The notes under the pieces: generated by a model | Told to the model about the DNA's origin: nothing | The model's input: the letters and a program-made list of their open reading frames with translations, nothing else | Database searches by the model: none | Position numbers and translations under genes: made by a program | Source: a virus | Taxonomy: Duplodnaviria > Caudoviricetes | DNA length: 62,068 bases | Direction: 5' to 3' (one strand) | Virus record (IMG/VR): IMGVR_UViG_3300037222_000092 | Coordinates: 1-62,068 of that record | In this document: one piece after another, positions 8,814-17,377 of the stretch | Position numbering within the stretch: the first letter of the stretch is position 1 | Layout of the letters: every line of letters starts with the position of its first letter

Positions 8814-8989
8814 GCCGCGCTCCTATGAGCTGCGGCGTGTGGATTCCGACGAAGTTTTCTGACCTTTGATGGTCGCACAAAATGACTGGGCTGCGGACCA
8901 ATCGGGATACGGTGACCCAAATCGAACGCCACTTGTTTCCGAAATCGGCGCATCCTCTGAGATTCTATAAATTTGCGAAATGGACTCAC
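8810..8989 (-). CDS. 59-aa basic hypothetical protein (not in the ORF track)
   Basis: GTG 8989 with AGGAG RBS; translates MSPFRKFIESQRMRRFRKQ...AAAHRSAA. Confidence 0.55.
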   Translation of the reverse strand: MSPFRKFIESQRMRRFRKQVAFDLGHRIPIGPQPSHFVRPSKVRKLRRNPHAAAHRSAA

Positions 8990-9016
8990 GCCGCGCTCCT
9001 ATGAGCTGCGGCGGAA

Positions 9017-9247
9017 TCAAGTGAGCATTTCGGCAACGATGACTGCGATGCAAAGCGCAGATGGTTTTCGTTCACCATCAATATAAAACTGCGCCGCGCG
9101 CTCGCTGCAGTGGATCCGTTGCGCCAGATTGAGCGCTGGTTTGTCTTTCCAGAGCGCCCGAACAATTGTTCCGAATTGGTTTTTTTGGAACGGACGTTCT
9201 GTGATGACTGTGGACAAACGCGCTCGCGCCGTTGATGATTCGCCCAT
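9017..9247 (-). CDS. CII-like small HTH regulator
   Basis: Position after cro; HTH-like LAQRIHCSERAAQFYIDGERKPS; GGAG RBS. Confidence 0.55.
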   Translation of the reverse strand: MGESSTARARLSTVITERPFQKNQFGTIVRALWKDKPALNLAQRIHCSERAAQFYIDGERKPSALCIAVIVAEMLT

Positions 9248-9402
9248 GAACGCACTCCTACAAACTCACAATTCGAAGATCGCGGTAACGCTTTGTTATC
9301 CGCGTTTTTCGACCAGCAATTTAGCGATGGAATTTTGCTCCCGTATCGCGTGTAAGTACCCCCAAGGGCGATGTTCAAACCGCCAACATAAGGGGGCAAC
9401 CC

Positions 9403-9699
9403 GTGACGCACTGGCTGATACCGCCGGCCGGATTGATCGAGCCGGTGCCGGCCCCGGAATTCTATACCGACGGCTGCGGCGCCATCGAGATGTTCGGATC
9501 CTGTGTGCGCCTTCACCTCTATTCCGAGCAGATGCCACTCGAGTGTATTGGAGGATTGCCGCAGAAGGTGGTGGTGGTGAAGATTGTGCGACCTATCAAG
9601 ACTTTGCCGCAGACATTGATTCAGATCACGCGATGCCTGTGGCCGGACGATCCGCCGTGCATGCGGCCGCGAGGTGGAAGGCCGACGCTGGTGCGGTAG
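9403..9699 (+). CDS. Hypothetical protein, antisense within the early operon
   Basis: AAGGGGG RBS before GTG; fills the gap between cro and the CII-like gene. Confidence 0.55.
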   Translation: MTHWLIPPAGLIEPVPAPEFYTDGCGAIEMFGSCVRLHLYSEQMPLECIGGLPQKVVVVKIVRPIKTLPQTLIQITRCLWPDDPPCMRPRGGRPTLVR

Positions 9700-9704
9700 C
9701 GGCA

Positions 9705-9917
9705 TCATTCGGCGGCCTCGGATTGCATGAAGTCGTTCGCGGTAACTTCGCCAGCCGTCACCGCAATAATTCGATCCAGGAGTCGCCGCCGCGGAAGCCG
9801 TCCATTGCGAGCTCGCAAGATAGTTGTGCGGTCGCAGCCGAGGTCGTCCTGGCGCAACCGCGCAGCCATCCCTTCATCGTCAAGACCCTCGCGGGTCATC
9901 CAATCGGCTAGTCTCAT
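9705..9917 (-). CDS. cro: Cro-like HTH regulator
   Basis: MRLADWM...TTILRARNGRLP...TAGEVTANDF; divergent from the repressor. Confidence 0.8.
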   Translation of the reverse strand: MRLADWMTREGLDDEGMAARLRQDDLGCDRTTILRARNGRLPRRRLLDRIIAVTAGEVTANDFMQSEAAE

Positions 9918-9926
9918 GATTCCATC

Positions 9927-9953
9927 TGTGCGCTAGACGCACAATTAAGTCAA
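9927..9953 (-). promoter_or_regulatory. Operator TGTGCG-CTAGA-CGCACA next to a -35 TTGACT (PR-like)
   Basis: Palindrome at 9927-9943; TTGACT on the minus strand at 9948-9953. Confidence 0.8.
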
Positions 9954-10011
9954 TAGGGTCTGTGCGTAGGGAGCTATGGAAGCGGCAATAGGCTTGTTTC
10001 ATGCTGTGCGT

Positions 10012-10257
10012 ATGGCGCAACGGCCCCGCACCTGGCGAAAAAGCTTCCTCAGAGAGTATCGGGAGGCCGCCGAGCTGTCGCTCGAATCGGTCGCCGAGCA
10101 GATGGGCCTTACCCATAGCCAGCTATCCAAGATAGAACGTGGAATTCACCCGTATAATCAACAGGTTCTTGAGGTAGCCGCCCTGGAATATGGCTGCACT
10201 GTGGCGGATTTGTTGAATAAACCGCCCCTAAAGAAGGCGATTGGCGGAAAACGCTGA
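10012..10257 (+). CDS. cI: CI-like XRE repressor (HTH only, no S24 peptidase domain)
   Basis: LREYREAAELSLESVAEQMGLTHSQLSKIERG HTH_3 pattern. Confidence 0.8.
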   Translation: MAQRPRTWRKSFLREYREAAELSLESVAEQMGLTHSQLSKIERGIHPYNQQVLEVAALEYGCTVADLLNKPPLKKAIGGKR

Positions 10258-10259
10258 AA

Positions 10260-10520
10260 ATGCCGTCCGAATCAGGTCAAACTGCCATGATTTGGGGTAT
10301 TTTACTCTGGCTTGTCCTTTGCTTCATCGTGGCAGTGGCCGCAAACACCCGCAACAGGGGCGCGGGGGCGTGGTTCCTGCTTTCCTTGATCATTTCACCC
10401 CTGATAGCCGTATTGCTCCTCCTTGCCCTTCCAAGGCGAGAACCAGGGGGCATTTCGCTTTGGCGCAGAGATAAACACCCCGATGGGCCGATCCGGCTCA
10501 CGCGCGCCGACCAAAAATAA
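10260..10520 (+). CDS. Small two-TM membrane protein (possible superinfection exclusion)
   Basis: Two hydrophobic helices, R.AGAWFLLSLIISPL; follows cI directly. Confidence 0.6.
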   Translation: MPSESGQTAMIWGILLWLVLCFIVAVAANTRNRGAGAWFLLSLIISPLIAVLLLLALPRREPGGISLWRRDKHPDGPIRLTRADQK

Positions 10521-10540
10521 CCTCATAAGAATAAGGCAAT

Positions 10541-10591
10541 AGTGCGCTAGACGCACTTTCCTGTTGACAATGGTTGTGCGTTAGGCGCACA
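10541..10591 (+). promoter_or_regulatory. PL-like promoter: TTGACA flanked by two GTGCG-N5-CGCAC operators
   Basis: AGTGCGCTAGACGCACT 10541-10557, TTGACA 10564-10569, TGTGCGTTAGGCGCACA 10575-10591. Confidence 0.85.
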
Positions 10592-10631
10592 TTCCCCACG
10601 CTGATTTGTTTCACGTGAAACGGGGGAAACC

Positions 10632-10838
10632 ATGAAAAAAATTCAGGTTCATTACCACGCGGCGGATGGCGCCCGTGGCGTCGTCAACTATTTGAGTGGA
10701 GACAACGCAGCGCTCAGTAGCACATCCAATGAGAAGGGTACGGCTCTCCGCGCTGTTTTGATGGAGAAGGCAAAGACGTTTGCCGGTGAGTGGTCGAAGG
10801 TTTTTCCCGGCGATCAATTTTTTGCAGCCGAAATATAA
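10632..10838 (+). CDS. Hypothetical protein
   Basis: GGGGG RBS; first gene after the promoter. Confidence 0.6.
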   Translation: MKKIQVHYHAADGARGVVNYLSGDNAALSSTSNEKGTALRAVLMEKAKTFAGEWSKVFPGDQFFAAEI

Positions 10839-10849
10839 GGCCGCACAAA

Positions 10850-11005
10850 ATGTTCACACTCACAACAGCCGCATGGCTTTTCGCGATCTCGATCGCCGCC
10901 TGCTTTGGTTTTCTCTTGGGAGCAATGTTTAGAATCGGTGCCAAGGCCGATGCTGATGAGATACGAGCAAAGCCCCGTAAGCGGCGCCGAACAATCATAA
11001 GTTAG
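10850..11005 (+). CDS. Small membrane protein
   Basis: One TM helix and a basic tail. Confidence 0.5.
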   Translation: MFTLTTAAWLFAISIAACFGFLLGAMFRIGAKADADEIRAKPRKRRRTIIS

Positions 11006-11070
11006 CGCGGCCGGCGAAGTGAGCCGCATCTTGTTCTGATCAGCCCGACAGAATTACGCGCGGTGAAATC

Positions 11071-11151
11071 ATGAATGCGTTTATCACTGTCGCCGCGGTG
11101 ATCGCTCTGTGGGCGATACTGGCGGTTTATCTTATTCGAACGCCCGAATGA
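11071..11151 (+). CDS. 26-aa hydrophobic peptide
   Basis: MNAFITVAAVIALWAILAVYLIRTPE, GGTGA upstream. Confidence 0.35.
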   Translation: MNAFITVAAVIALWAILAVYLIRTPE

Positions 11152-11291
11152 ATTCCCTCCGCGCACATCACCCCCCAACCCAGCCCATGCGCGGCGGGAT
11201 AGCGCCGTGGCCTTTGCCGATATCTTGTGGCCGGCGAAGCGCCACGGCGCAGTTCTATGTCTGTGTAACCCTAGTGTGTGGAGTGTTTGTC

Positions 11292-11843
11292 ATGAGTTAT
11301 GCGTTGAAGGAATTCAGAACTGATTGGGCGGCACATCAATTGCCGCAATCGGCGCCGCTGGTGCCAGCGATCGAATATGAGCCGCCCGGCGAAGCCGAGA
11401 TCGAGCCGCTATCGACGCAGCAAAAACTTGCGTTGCTGCAAATGAGTCGGCGCATATCGCATCAGGCAATATGGCGCGCGATGAAAGAGAAATACGAAGC
11501 CGCGCCATTTACAATCTCGACCTTCCGGCAATTGCGTGAGCTCGGCTTGGCCGAACTACTCGATGGCCAGAAATATCATTCCCTCACCACCAGTGGCGCA
11601 CAGCTCTGCGATCTGATCGGCCGGCAATTGGTGCGCGATCACAAGATTCACACAGCATGGATCGGCGGTCATGTCGCCGCGTCGACGACTCTATTTTGCA
11701 CCTGCGGCTGGTCGTGCGGACTTCGGCGCGGCGACAACATGCAATTGAAAGCGGCGCGCGCGATGTCAACGCATCTGCGCACGGTTGAGGCGATGGATGG
11801 GTTGAAGACGGCGCTGGCGCCGCGAAGAACTGACGGGGCTTAA
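11292..11843 (+). CDS. Hypothetical protein (wHTH-like with C-terminal CxC/His)
   Basis: GGAG RBS before ATG 11292; coupled to the MTase gene. Confidence 0.6.
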   Translation: MSYALKEFRTDWAAHQLPQSAPLVPAIEYEPPGEAEIEPLSTQQKLALLQMSRRISHQAIWRAMKEKYEAAPFTISTFRQLRELGLAELLDGQKYHSLTTSGAQLCDLIGRQLVRDHKIHTAWIGGHVAASTTLFCTCGWSCGLRRGDNMQLKAARAMSTHLRTVEAMDGLKTALAPRRTDGA

Positions 11844-12874
11844 TGACCGTTCGGATTCTGAAAGGGAACAGCTTGGACATTCTCCGTAGCTTACCGAATG
11901 GCTCGGTACATTGCTCTGTCAGCAGTCCGCCTTATTGGCGGCAGCGTGATTATGGGATGGCCGGTCAGATTGGCCTAGAAACGACACCCGAAGAATATAT
12001 CACAAAGCTTGTAGCTATCTATCGGGAGATCAACAGAGTCCTTCGCGATGACGGCACTGCATGGATAAACATTGGCGACAAGTGGGCTTCTGGCGGCAAT
12101 GGCGGCGGCGGATCATTCATGGCCGAGCGCGGCGATGCATGGGCTCACGCAAAGCAGTCGAAGGGCTGGCGATCTCCACCCACAGGCTACAAAGATAAGG
12201 ATCTAGTCGGACTGCCTTTCATGCTCGCGTTTGCCATGCGCGCCGATGGCTGGTTCTGGAGACAATGCAACATTTGGGCGAAGCCGAATGGGATGCCGGA
12301 ATCGGTTAGCGACCGCAGCACGATCAGCCACGAATACGTCCTGCATTTTTCAAAACAGAATGACTATTGGTACGACAGCGACGCAGCTCGTACGCCCGCC
12401 GCACCGTCATTCGAAACACGGCTTGCCCAGGACGTAGATTCACAGGCCGGCAGTGACCGCGCCAACGGCGGCGCCAAAACCAACGGCACGATGAAAGCAG
12501 TCAGCCGCAAGTCTGATAAGCGGCGCGGGCACACGCGCCGTCACGCAGGTTTCAATGACCGATGGGATGCCATGGAGCGCGACGGTCAGATTGCAAATGG
12601 CGCAAACCTTCGTTCCGTTTGGTGGATATCACCGGCTCAATATCGCGGTGGCCACTACGCGGTCATGCCCGACACGCTGGCCGAGATTTGCATAACCGCT
12701 GGCTGCCCCAAGGGGGGGGTAGTCCTCGATCCTTTTGGCGGCGCCGGGACAACGGGACTTGTCGCGGATCGGCTCGGCCGCGATGCCATCCTGATCGAAC
12801 TCAATCCAGAATACGCCGAAATGGCCGAACGTCGGATCAAGGACGATGCCGGTATGTTTGCGAGTGTTGAGTAA
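11843..12874 (+). CDS. Site-specific DNA methyltransferase (N4C/N6A family)
   Basis: SPPY motif, HYAVMP, VLDPFGGAGTTG, IELNPEY. Confidence 0.93.
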   Translation: MTVRILKGNSLDILRSLPNGSVHCSVSSPPYWRQRDYGMAGQIGLETTPEEYITKLVAIYREINRVLRDDGTAWINIGDKWASGGNGGGGSFMAERGDAWAHAKQSKGWRSPPTGYKDKDLVGLPFMLAFAMRADGWFWRQCNIWAKPNGMPESVSDRSTISHEYVLHFSKQNDYWYDSDAARTPAAPSFETRLAQDVDSQAGSDRANGGAKTNGTMKAVSRKSDKRRGHTRRHAGFNDRWDAMERDGQIANGANLRSVWWISPAQYRGGHYAVMPDTLAEICITAGCPKGGVVLDPFGGAGTTGLVADRLGRDAILIELNPEYAEMAERRIKDDAGMFASVE

Positions 12875-12881
12875 AAAAAGC

Positions 12882-13214
12882 ATGAGCCTTTCCTCCGTCA
12901 AACGCGCGCTGATCGAGATGGTGCAATTCGGCGCACTGTCACGCCAGGACGGCGGATGGTTTAGCTGCAATCAAACTAGGTTTTACGATTGCACTGTGAT
13001 GGCGCTGTTATCGAAACAACTGGCCATTTATTCGATCAATGAGAAATTACCGGGACGGCAGTTCGTCAGATTGAACGAAGCCGGCATCGCTCTTGCGCGC
13101 GCTATCGTCGCGGAATTGAACGGGAGAAAACAGGCGAACGAAGCCGCTGAACGGTTGCAGGCAGAGATCATGCGGCTCACGCCGACCAGTTGGGTCGTGG
13201 AGAAGGTGACGTGA
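12882..13214 (+). CDS. Hypothetical protein
   Basis: ORF in operon context. Confidence 0.5.
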   Translation: MSLSSVKRALIEMVQFGALSRQDGGWFSCNQTRFYDCTVMALLSKQLAIYSINEKLPGRQFVRLNEAGIALARAIVAELNGRKQANEAAERLQAEIMRLTPTSWVVEKVT

Positions 13215-13375
13215 TAAAAATCCTACTCGACCCAAAAATTTTCAATTACCTCATTCTTTCTCTTTACGCGATCAACGCAGGTCGCTGGGCATTGTTCGGT
13301 AGCTGGGCCGATGTTTCATATTGGGCGTCCGCATTCGCCATAACAGCGACCGTCACATGGGGATATAACCATTGA
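13211..13375 (+). CDS. Small membrane protein
   Basis: GTGA-coupled; two hydrophobic segments. Confidence 0.5.
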   Translation: MIKILLDPKIFNYLILSLYAINAGRWALFGSWADVSYWASAFAITATVTWGYNH

Positions 13376-13779
13376 CCAGTCGCCGCGCAGAATTCCCCGC
13401 CAACGTTAAGCGCGAGGCTTTAGAGCGCAGCGGCGGCATTTGCGAATGCTACCTGATCCCGCATGTGTTCAAGACATTCTGCGGCGCATCGCTCGGGCCT
13501 GGAAATACGTTTTTCGAGCATGTTAACGTCGATAATTTTTCGAAGGATAACTCGCTTCGTAATTGCGCCTGCCTATCGAAAACCTGTTTCAAATACAAAA
13601 CTGCTAATTACGATCTCCCGATTATTGCCAAAGCCAAGCGCAACTTCGATGCTCACAACGGCATCGTGCGGCCCAGGCGAACGCTCCCCGGTGGCCGCGG
13701 AGACCCGTTCTACTTCACCCCCGGAAGCACACATCCGATTGATCGCAAGACCGGGTTGCCTTGGCGGGGGTCGCAATGA
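13372..13779 (+). CDS. HNH-like endonuclease (degenerate)
   Basis: RSGGICEC...FEHV...DNSLRNCACLSKTC..KT..D...IAKAKR. Confidence 0.7.
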   Translation: MTSRRAEFPANVKREALERSGGICECYLIPHVFKTFCGASLGPGNTFFEHVNVDNFSKDNSLRNCACLSKTCFKYKTANYDLPIIAKAKRNFDAHNGIVRPRRTLPGGRGDPFYFTPGSTHPIDRKTGLPWRGSQ

Positions 13780-14210
13780 GCACCGCCGAAAACCTTAACG
13801 ATGTTGGCCTTGATATCCCGCTTCGGCTCGACGATGCTGCATCTCTATGTTTTCCGAAAGGCGGTATGACGGCCCGCGGATTAAGGCGGGAATATCAGCG
13901 TGGGAACCTTGTTATCTATCGCGTGGCGGGCAAGGATTACACCACCCGCCGCGAAATCGATCGGATGTGTGAGTTATGCCGCCTCGAGGTCAAGGCCCGC
14001 GACTCTGGCTGCGCGAAGCAAGGCGAGACCGGCGAAGCGTCGTCACTCATCCCGCCGTCTGGATCATCATCGATGGTCGATATCAGCAAAGCACGCACTG
14101 CGGCGTCGATGATCGCGGGCGAGCTGAGCAGCACCTCGCGCAATACATCGCTCGCAAGCACGTCGATAAAGCGACGCAAGGGCAACGTCATTCATCTGAA
14201 ATCCCGGTAG
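13776..14210 (+). CDS. xis: Excisionase-like protein
   Basis: PLRLDDAASLCFP.GGMTARGLRRE..RGNL...RVAGKDYTT; overlaps the integrase 5' end. Confidence 0.75.
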   Translation: MSTAENLNDVGLDIPLRLDDAASLCFPKGGMTARGLRREYQRGNLVIYRVAGKDYTTRREIDRMCELCRLEVKARDSGCAKQGETGEASSLIPPSGSSSMVDISKARTAASMIAGELSSTSRNTSLASTSIKRRKGNVIHLKSR

Positions 14211-15139
14211 CCGATGTTCTTTCGGTCTATGGCCGGCACAAGGCCAAGGATCATGCGCGCCCTCATGAAAGCGGACAGCGCATGCGAGTCCTGCTGGAAT
14301 TCTTCGGCGATAAATTGCTGGCGCAGGTCAACGGTGATCTCTGCCGGCGCTATGCTGCGCAGCGATCAACCGACGCTGCAGCACGGCGCGAGCTCGAGGA
14401 TCTGCGCGCGGCCGTCAATCACTATCAGCACGAAGGACTGATGCGCGAGAAGATCGGCATTTGGCTGCCCAAACGCCGGCCGGCGCGCGAGCGCTGGTTG
14501 ATGCGCGCGGAAGCGGCGAGGCTAGTGCTCTCGGCCTGGCGCTATCGTGAACGGCAGAACGGCGAAGCGACTGATCGCCAACCACGGCGGCATGTCGCGC
14601 GCTTCATTCTGGTTGCACTCTACGCTGGCCGACGTGCGGGCGCGATCACGGAAGCGGCCTTCGCGCCAGAGCCCGGCCGCGGATGGATCGACGTCGGGCG
14701 CGGTGTCTTTTATCCCCGCTCCGGCATGGTGCAAGGCAAGAAACGCCAGCCGCCGATCATGCTGCCACGGCGCCTGGTGGCGCACCTACGGCGCTGGAAA
14801 CGCAACGGACAGCGCTATGTGATCGAATGGCAGGGCAAGCCGATCGGCCGCATGGCCAAGGCATTCCGGCATGCCGCGCGTGCAGCCGGATTCGGGAGCG
14901 ACGTCACACCCCACGTCCTGCGACACACCTCGGCCACCTGGTTGATGCAGCGCGGCGCCGATCGATGGGCGGCGGCCGGCTATCTCGGCATGTCGATGGA
15001 GACGCTGGACAGGATCTATGGCCACCACCACCCGGATTACCAGAAGACGGCATGGAGCGTGTTCGATCGGCCGGGTGGTGTACCAAAACCCAAGACCAAG
15101 ACTAAATTAAAAACGCAAAAGAGAAGGATTGTCCGATGA
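13976..15139 (+). CDS. int: Tyrosine integrase
   Basis: LYAGRR, HVLRHT, GYLGM and RIYGHH catalytic motifs; next to attP. Confidence 0.95.
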   Translation: MPPRGQGPRLWLREARRDRRSVVTHPAVWIIIDGRYQQSTHCGVDDRGRAEQHLAQYIARKHVDKATQGQRHSSEIPVADVLSVYGRHKAKDHARPHESGQRMRVLLEFFGDKLLAQVNGDLCRRYAAQRSTDAAARRELEDLRAAVNHYQHEGLMREKIGIWLPKRRPARERWLMRAEAARLVLSAWRYRERQNGEATDRQPRRHVARFILVALYAGRRAGAITEAAFAPEPGRGWIDVGRGVFYPRSGMVQGKKRQPPIMLPRRLVAHLRRWKRNGQRYVIEWQGKPIGRMAKAFRHAARAAGFGSDVTPHVLRHTSATWLMQRGADRWAAAGYLGMSMETLDRIYGHHHPDYQKTAWSVFDRPGGVPKPKTKTKLKTQKRRIVR

Positions 15140-15624
15140 ACAAAAAACATCGCGGAGCTAGAAACGAAATGCTTGCGTGCGCGTATTTGCTAGGAGAAGG
15201 ATTCGAAGTATATCGTAATGTTTCAGCGCATGGAGCAATTGATCTAGTAGCTATAAAAGATAATCAAACTTATTACTTTGATGCAAAAAGTATTGCACCA
15301 AACGAAAGCGGGAATATTAACCGTCAATTTTGTTTAACAGAAGAACAACTTCGCCGTAATGTAATTCCCCTGTTTATATTTCCTGACGGATCTTGTGAAA
15401 TCTATTGGGCCGCCACAAAACTTGAAAATAATCCAAAAACATTCAGATGTGAGCGCTGCGGAAAACAGACGCCACGGACAACCGCATGGCAAAAATATTG
15501 CTCGCAAAATTGTAAGGTCAGAGCACATCATTTCAGGCACGGGTATGTCCCCAAGCGGCCACGGCAACCAGATGCAAATGCCCCAGAATTGACCGCTGAT
15601 GCGGTGAATCTAACCTATAGGTAG
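15136..15624 (+). CDS. PD-(D/E)xK nuclease-like protein with C-terminal zinc ribbon
   Basis: G..NE...DLVAIK...FDAKS; CERC...QKYCSQNC; AT-rich relative to its flanks. Confidence 0.7.
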   Translation: MNKKHRGARNEMLACAYLLGEGFEVYRNVSAHGAIDLVAIKDNQTYYFDAKSIAPNESGNINRQFCLTEEQLRRNVIPLFIFPDGSCEIYWAATKLENNPKTFRCERCGKQTPRTTAWQKYCSQNCKVRAHHFRHGYVPKRPRQPDANAPELTADAVNLTYR

Positions 15625-15652
15625 GGTGGTAGCCGCCAGATTAAAACAGCCT

Positions 15653-15852
15653 ATGTATTGGCGGATGTATTGGCGGGAATGGGGTCTAAATCACTTTAAG
15701 TTGGTCGGAGTGGCAGGATTTGAACCTGCGACCCCCTCGTCCCGAACGAGGATCCAACGGTTGCAAACGAGCATAAACGAGCGAATCCGCTCCGCGCTAG
15801 GTCGGTTTGTTCGCCTTTTCAACCCGCGTTCTATTGGCGGACCGATTGGCGG
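15653..15852. other. attP with arm-type repeats
   Basis: ATGTATTGGCGG x2 (15653-15676) and ATTGGCGG x2 (15833, 15845) flank the tRNA-derived core. Confidence 0.8.
15702..15751 (-). pseudogene. 3' half of tRNA-Pro(CGG), the attP core
   Basis: Minus strand CCTCG-TTCGGGA-CGAGG anticodon arm, GGTTCAAATCC T-arm, ends CCGACCA; no D-arm or 5' strand. Confidence 0.9.
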
Positions 15853-15862
15853 AAACGACTAT

Positions 15863-16057
15863 CTAGTTTGACATATCAATACTGATAAGACGATCGCAAA
15901 GCCGCGACAGCGGATACTTACGGCGCAACTTTTGCAACATCCAATCTAAAACGTGCCACGAATAGGATGGCTCATTCTTTCGCCAGCACGCTTCCGCAAC
16001 CGCTATAAACAGCCGGTGGTCAACTTCCCATTCGTTCACGCCAAAGTCTCCATTCAT
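15863..16057 (-). CDS. Hypothetical protein
   Basis: ATGA-coupled ORF. Confidence 0.45.
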   Translation of the reverse strand: MNGDFGVNEWEVDHRLFIAVAEACWRKNEPSYSWHVLDWMLQKLRRKYPLSRLCDRLISIDMSN

Positions 16058-16584
16058 GTTTCAGTGGCCTTGAGAATCCCGCGCATTTCTCTGAAAGTAG
16101 GCAAATCTTCGGTGCCCTTTTCGACAATCATAAAGCCTGCACGCGAGATTCTAGTGATAATAATATCTGCAGCCATATCTTTAGAAAGAGCAGTACTGGC
16201 AATTTCATCTGCGAGGTCTTCAATGACTTTTCTCAAATCCATCCTTGCGGATTTCATATTTTTAGAATTTTCAGAGGCTATGGCGTCCCACCCCTCTGGA
16301 ACTTCGGCTATCGTCTTACTAATGCCGCTAACGTTTTTCATTTTCAGTTTCTCCTGTTTCGGGTCGGTTGATGTGGGGACCTGAACCCAATCTTTGTGAG
16401 AACCAATTAGCTTTCCATCTTCGTAATTTTGAAATGCGCGCTCTTGTTCCAGCTCGCCATCATGCCAACGGAGATTTCCCGTGAATATCACCAGCGAATG
16501 TGTTCCGATCGCAAGCGTCTCGTCCATGTGAAATGCTCCATTCATTTTCCGGGTTCTTTTGGAACCCGCGTTTTTCCGAACCAA
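16054..16584 (-). CDS. Hypothetical protein
   Basis: ORF; start uncertain. Confidence 0.5.
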   Translation of the reverse strand: MVRKNAGSKRTRKMNGAFHMDETLAIGTHSLVIFTGNLRWHDGELEQERAFQNYEDGKLIGSHKDWVQVPTSTDPKQEKLKMKNVSGISKTIAEVPEGWDAIASENSKNMKSARMDLRKVIEDLADEIASTALSKDMAADIIITRISRAGFMIVEKGTEDLPTFREMRGILKATET

Positions 16585-17069
16585 TTATAAAGGGTCGATT
16601 GCGGGATGCCGCTCAGGGCTTCCTTTTCCCTGATACTCAGCTTGCCGTTAAACCAAATCTTCTCGGCCCTGCGCTTCTTTGCCGATCTATCGCCTGTACG
16701 GGATAGGACGCTTGCAGCCTGTGCCGCCTGCAAGTCCTCTTTCGGCCTGGGCGGGTATTGGGCATCATTGAACATCCTAGCACCGTGTCGGTCGCTGCGT
16801 AGGCCCGTGGACAGGTCTAGGATCGCCGCGCCCCGGTCGCTGATAGCTTTCTCGGCCTTGAGCCAGTCCGAGCGGTTGGGTCCGAACGTCAGCAAACCGC
16901 GTGGAACTCCTAGCAACTCACCATCGCGCATCTTGATCTTGTCGATAGTCTCGCCCTTATCCCCGCGAAAAATGGCGACGGTAACGCCATACTGCTTGCG
17001 GAGCGTGGCCTCGTCCGCCTTGTGGGCGGCATAGGCTTTGGCGATTCTAATTGCTGGTTCTTTGGTCAC
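16542..17069 (-). CDS. Degenerate resolvase-like protein with C-terminal Hin-type HTH
   Basis: MRDGELLGV..LLTFG...I..RGAAILDL resembles the resolvase fold; SGIPQSTLYNWF HTH; no YxRVS motif. Confidence 0.55.
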   Translation of the reverse strand: MTKEPAIRIAKAYAAHKADEATLRKQYGVTVAIFRGDKGETIDKIKMRDGELLGVPRGLLTFGPNRSDWLKAEKAISDRGAAILDLSTGLRSDRHGARMFNDAQYPPRPKEDLQAAQAASVLSRTGDRSAKKRRAEKIWFNGKLSIREKEALSGIPQSTLYNWFGKTRVPKEPGK

Positions 17070-17081
17070 GTTGTAACTGTT

Positions 17082-17130
17082 ATATGGCTATTGACACGCT
17101 GCCTTGAGCTATGTCAAGCCTATGCCATAT
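17082..17130. promoter_or_regulatory. Divergent promoter region with inverted TTGACA boxes
   Basis: ATATGGC..TTGACA (17091)...TGTCAA (17112)..GCCATAT between divergent genes. Confidence 0.55.
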
Positions 17131-17150
17131 AGGGGTCACAGGAGAACGCC

Positions 17151-17369
17151 ATGAGCACCATCCAGCAGATTGAAGCCGCAGTACGAAGCCCCAATTTCGC
17201 CTACGGGCGGGCTGGCGATAGGCTCTTTCGGGGCATGACCATGATCTACCACCGGCACCCGGAAAGCCCATCAGGCGTCCTCCTGGAGTGCGCCGGGGAA
17301 GCGGCAATCGTTGACCCCCTGATACGCAAACACCAGCTCACGTCTGCACTCAGTCCAACCGAACGATAA
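17151..17369 (+). CDS. Hypothetical protein
   Basis: AGGAG RBS. Confidence 0.65.
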   Translation: MSTIQQIEAAVRSPNFAYGRAGDRLFRGMTMIYHRHPESPSGVLLECAGEAAIVDPLIRKHQLTSALSPTER

Positions 17370-17377
17370 AGGCCACC

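Larger units (their letters stand above)
8592..9013. repeat. Three ~26-28 bp direct repeats at gene junctions
   Basis: tca(t/c)gccgcgctcctatgag(c/t)tgcgg at 8592, 8810 and 8986. Confidence 0.9.

Noticed and set aside
8592-9013. CRISPR mini-array
   Set aside because: Spacers are ~150-190 bp and coding, and there are no cas genes.
3069-12874. Restriction-modification system
   Set aside because: Both MTases look orphan, with no adjacent cognate restriction endonuclease recognised.
15702-15751. Functional phage tRNA-Pro
   Set aside because: The D-arm and 5' acceptor strand are missing; it is best read as the attP core.
16542-17069. Active DNA invertase switching tail fibres
   Set aside because: The catalytic serine motif is absent and no inverted recombination sites were seen around fibre genes.
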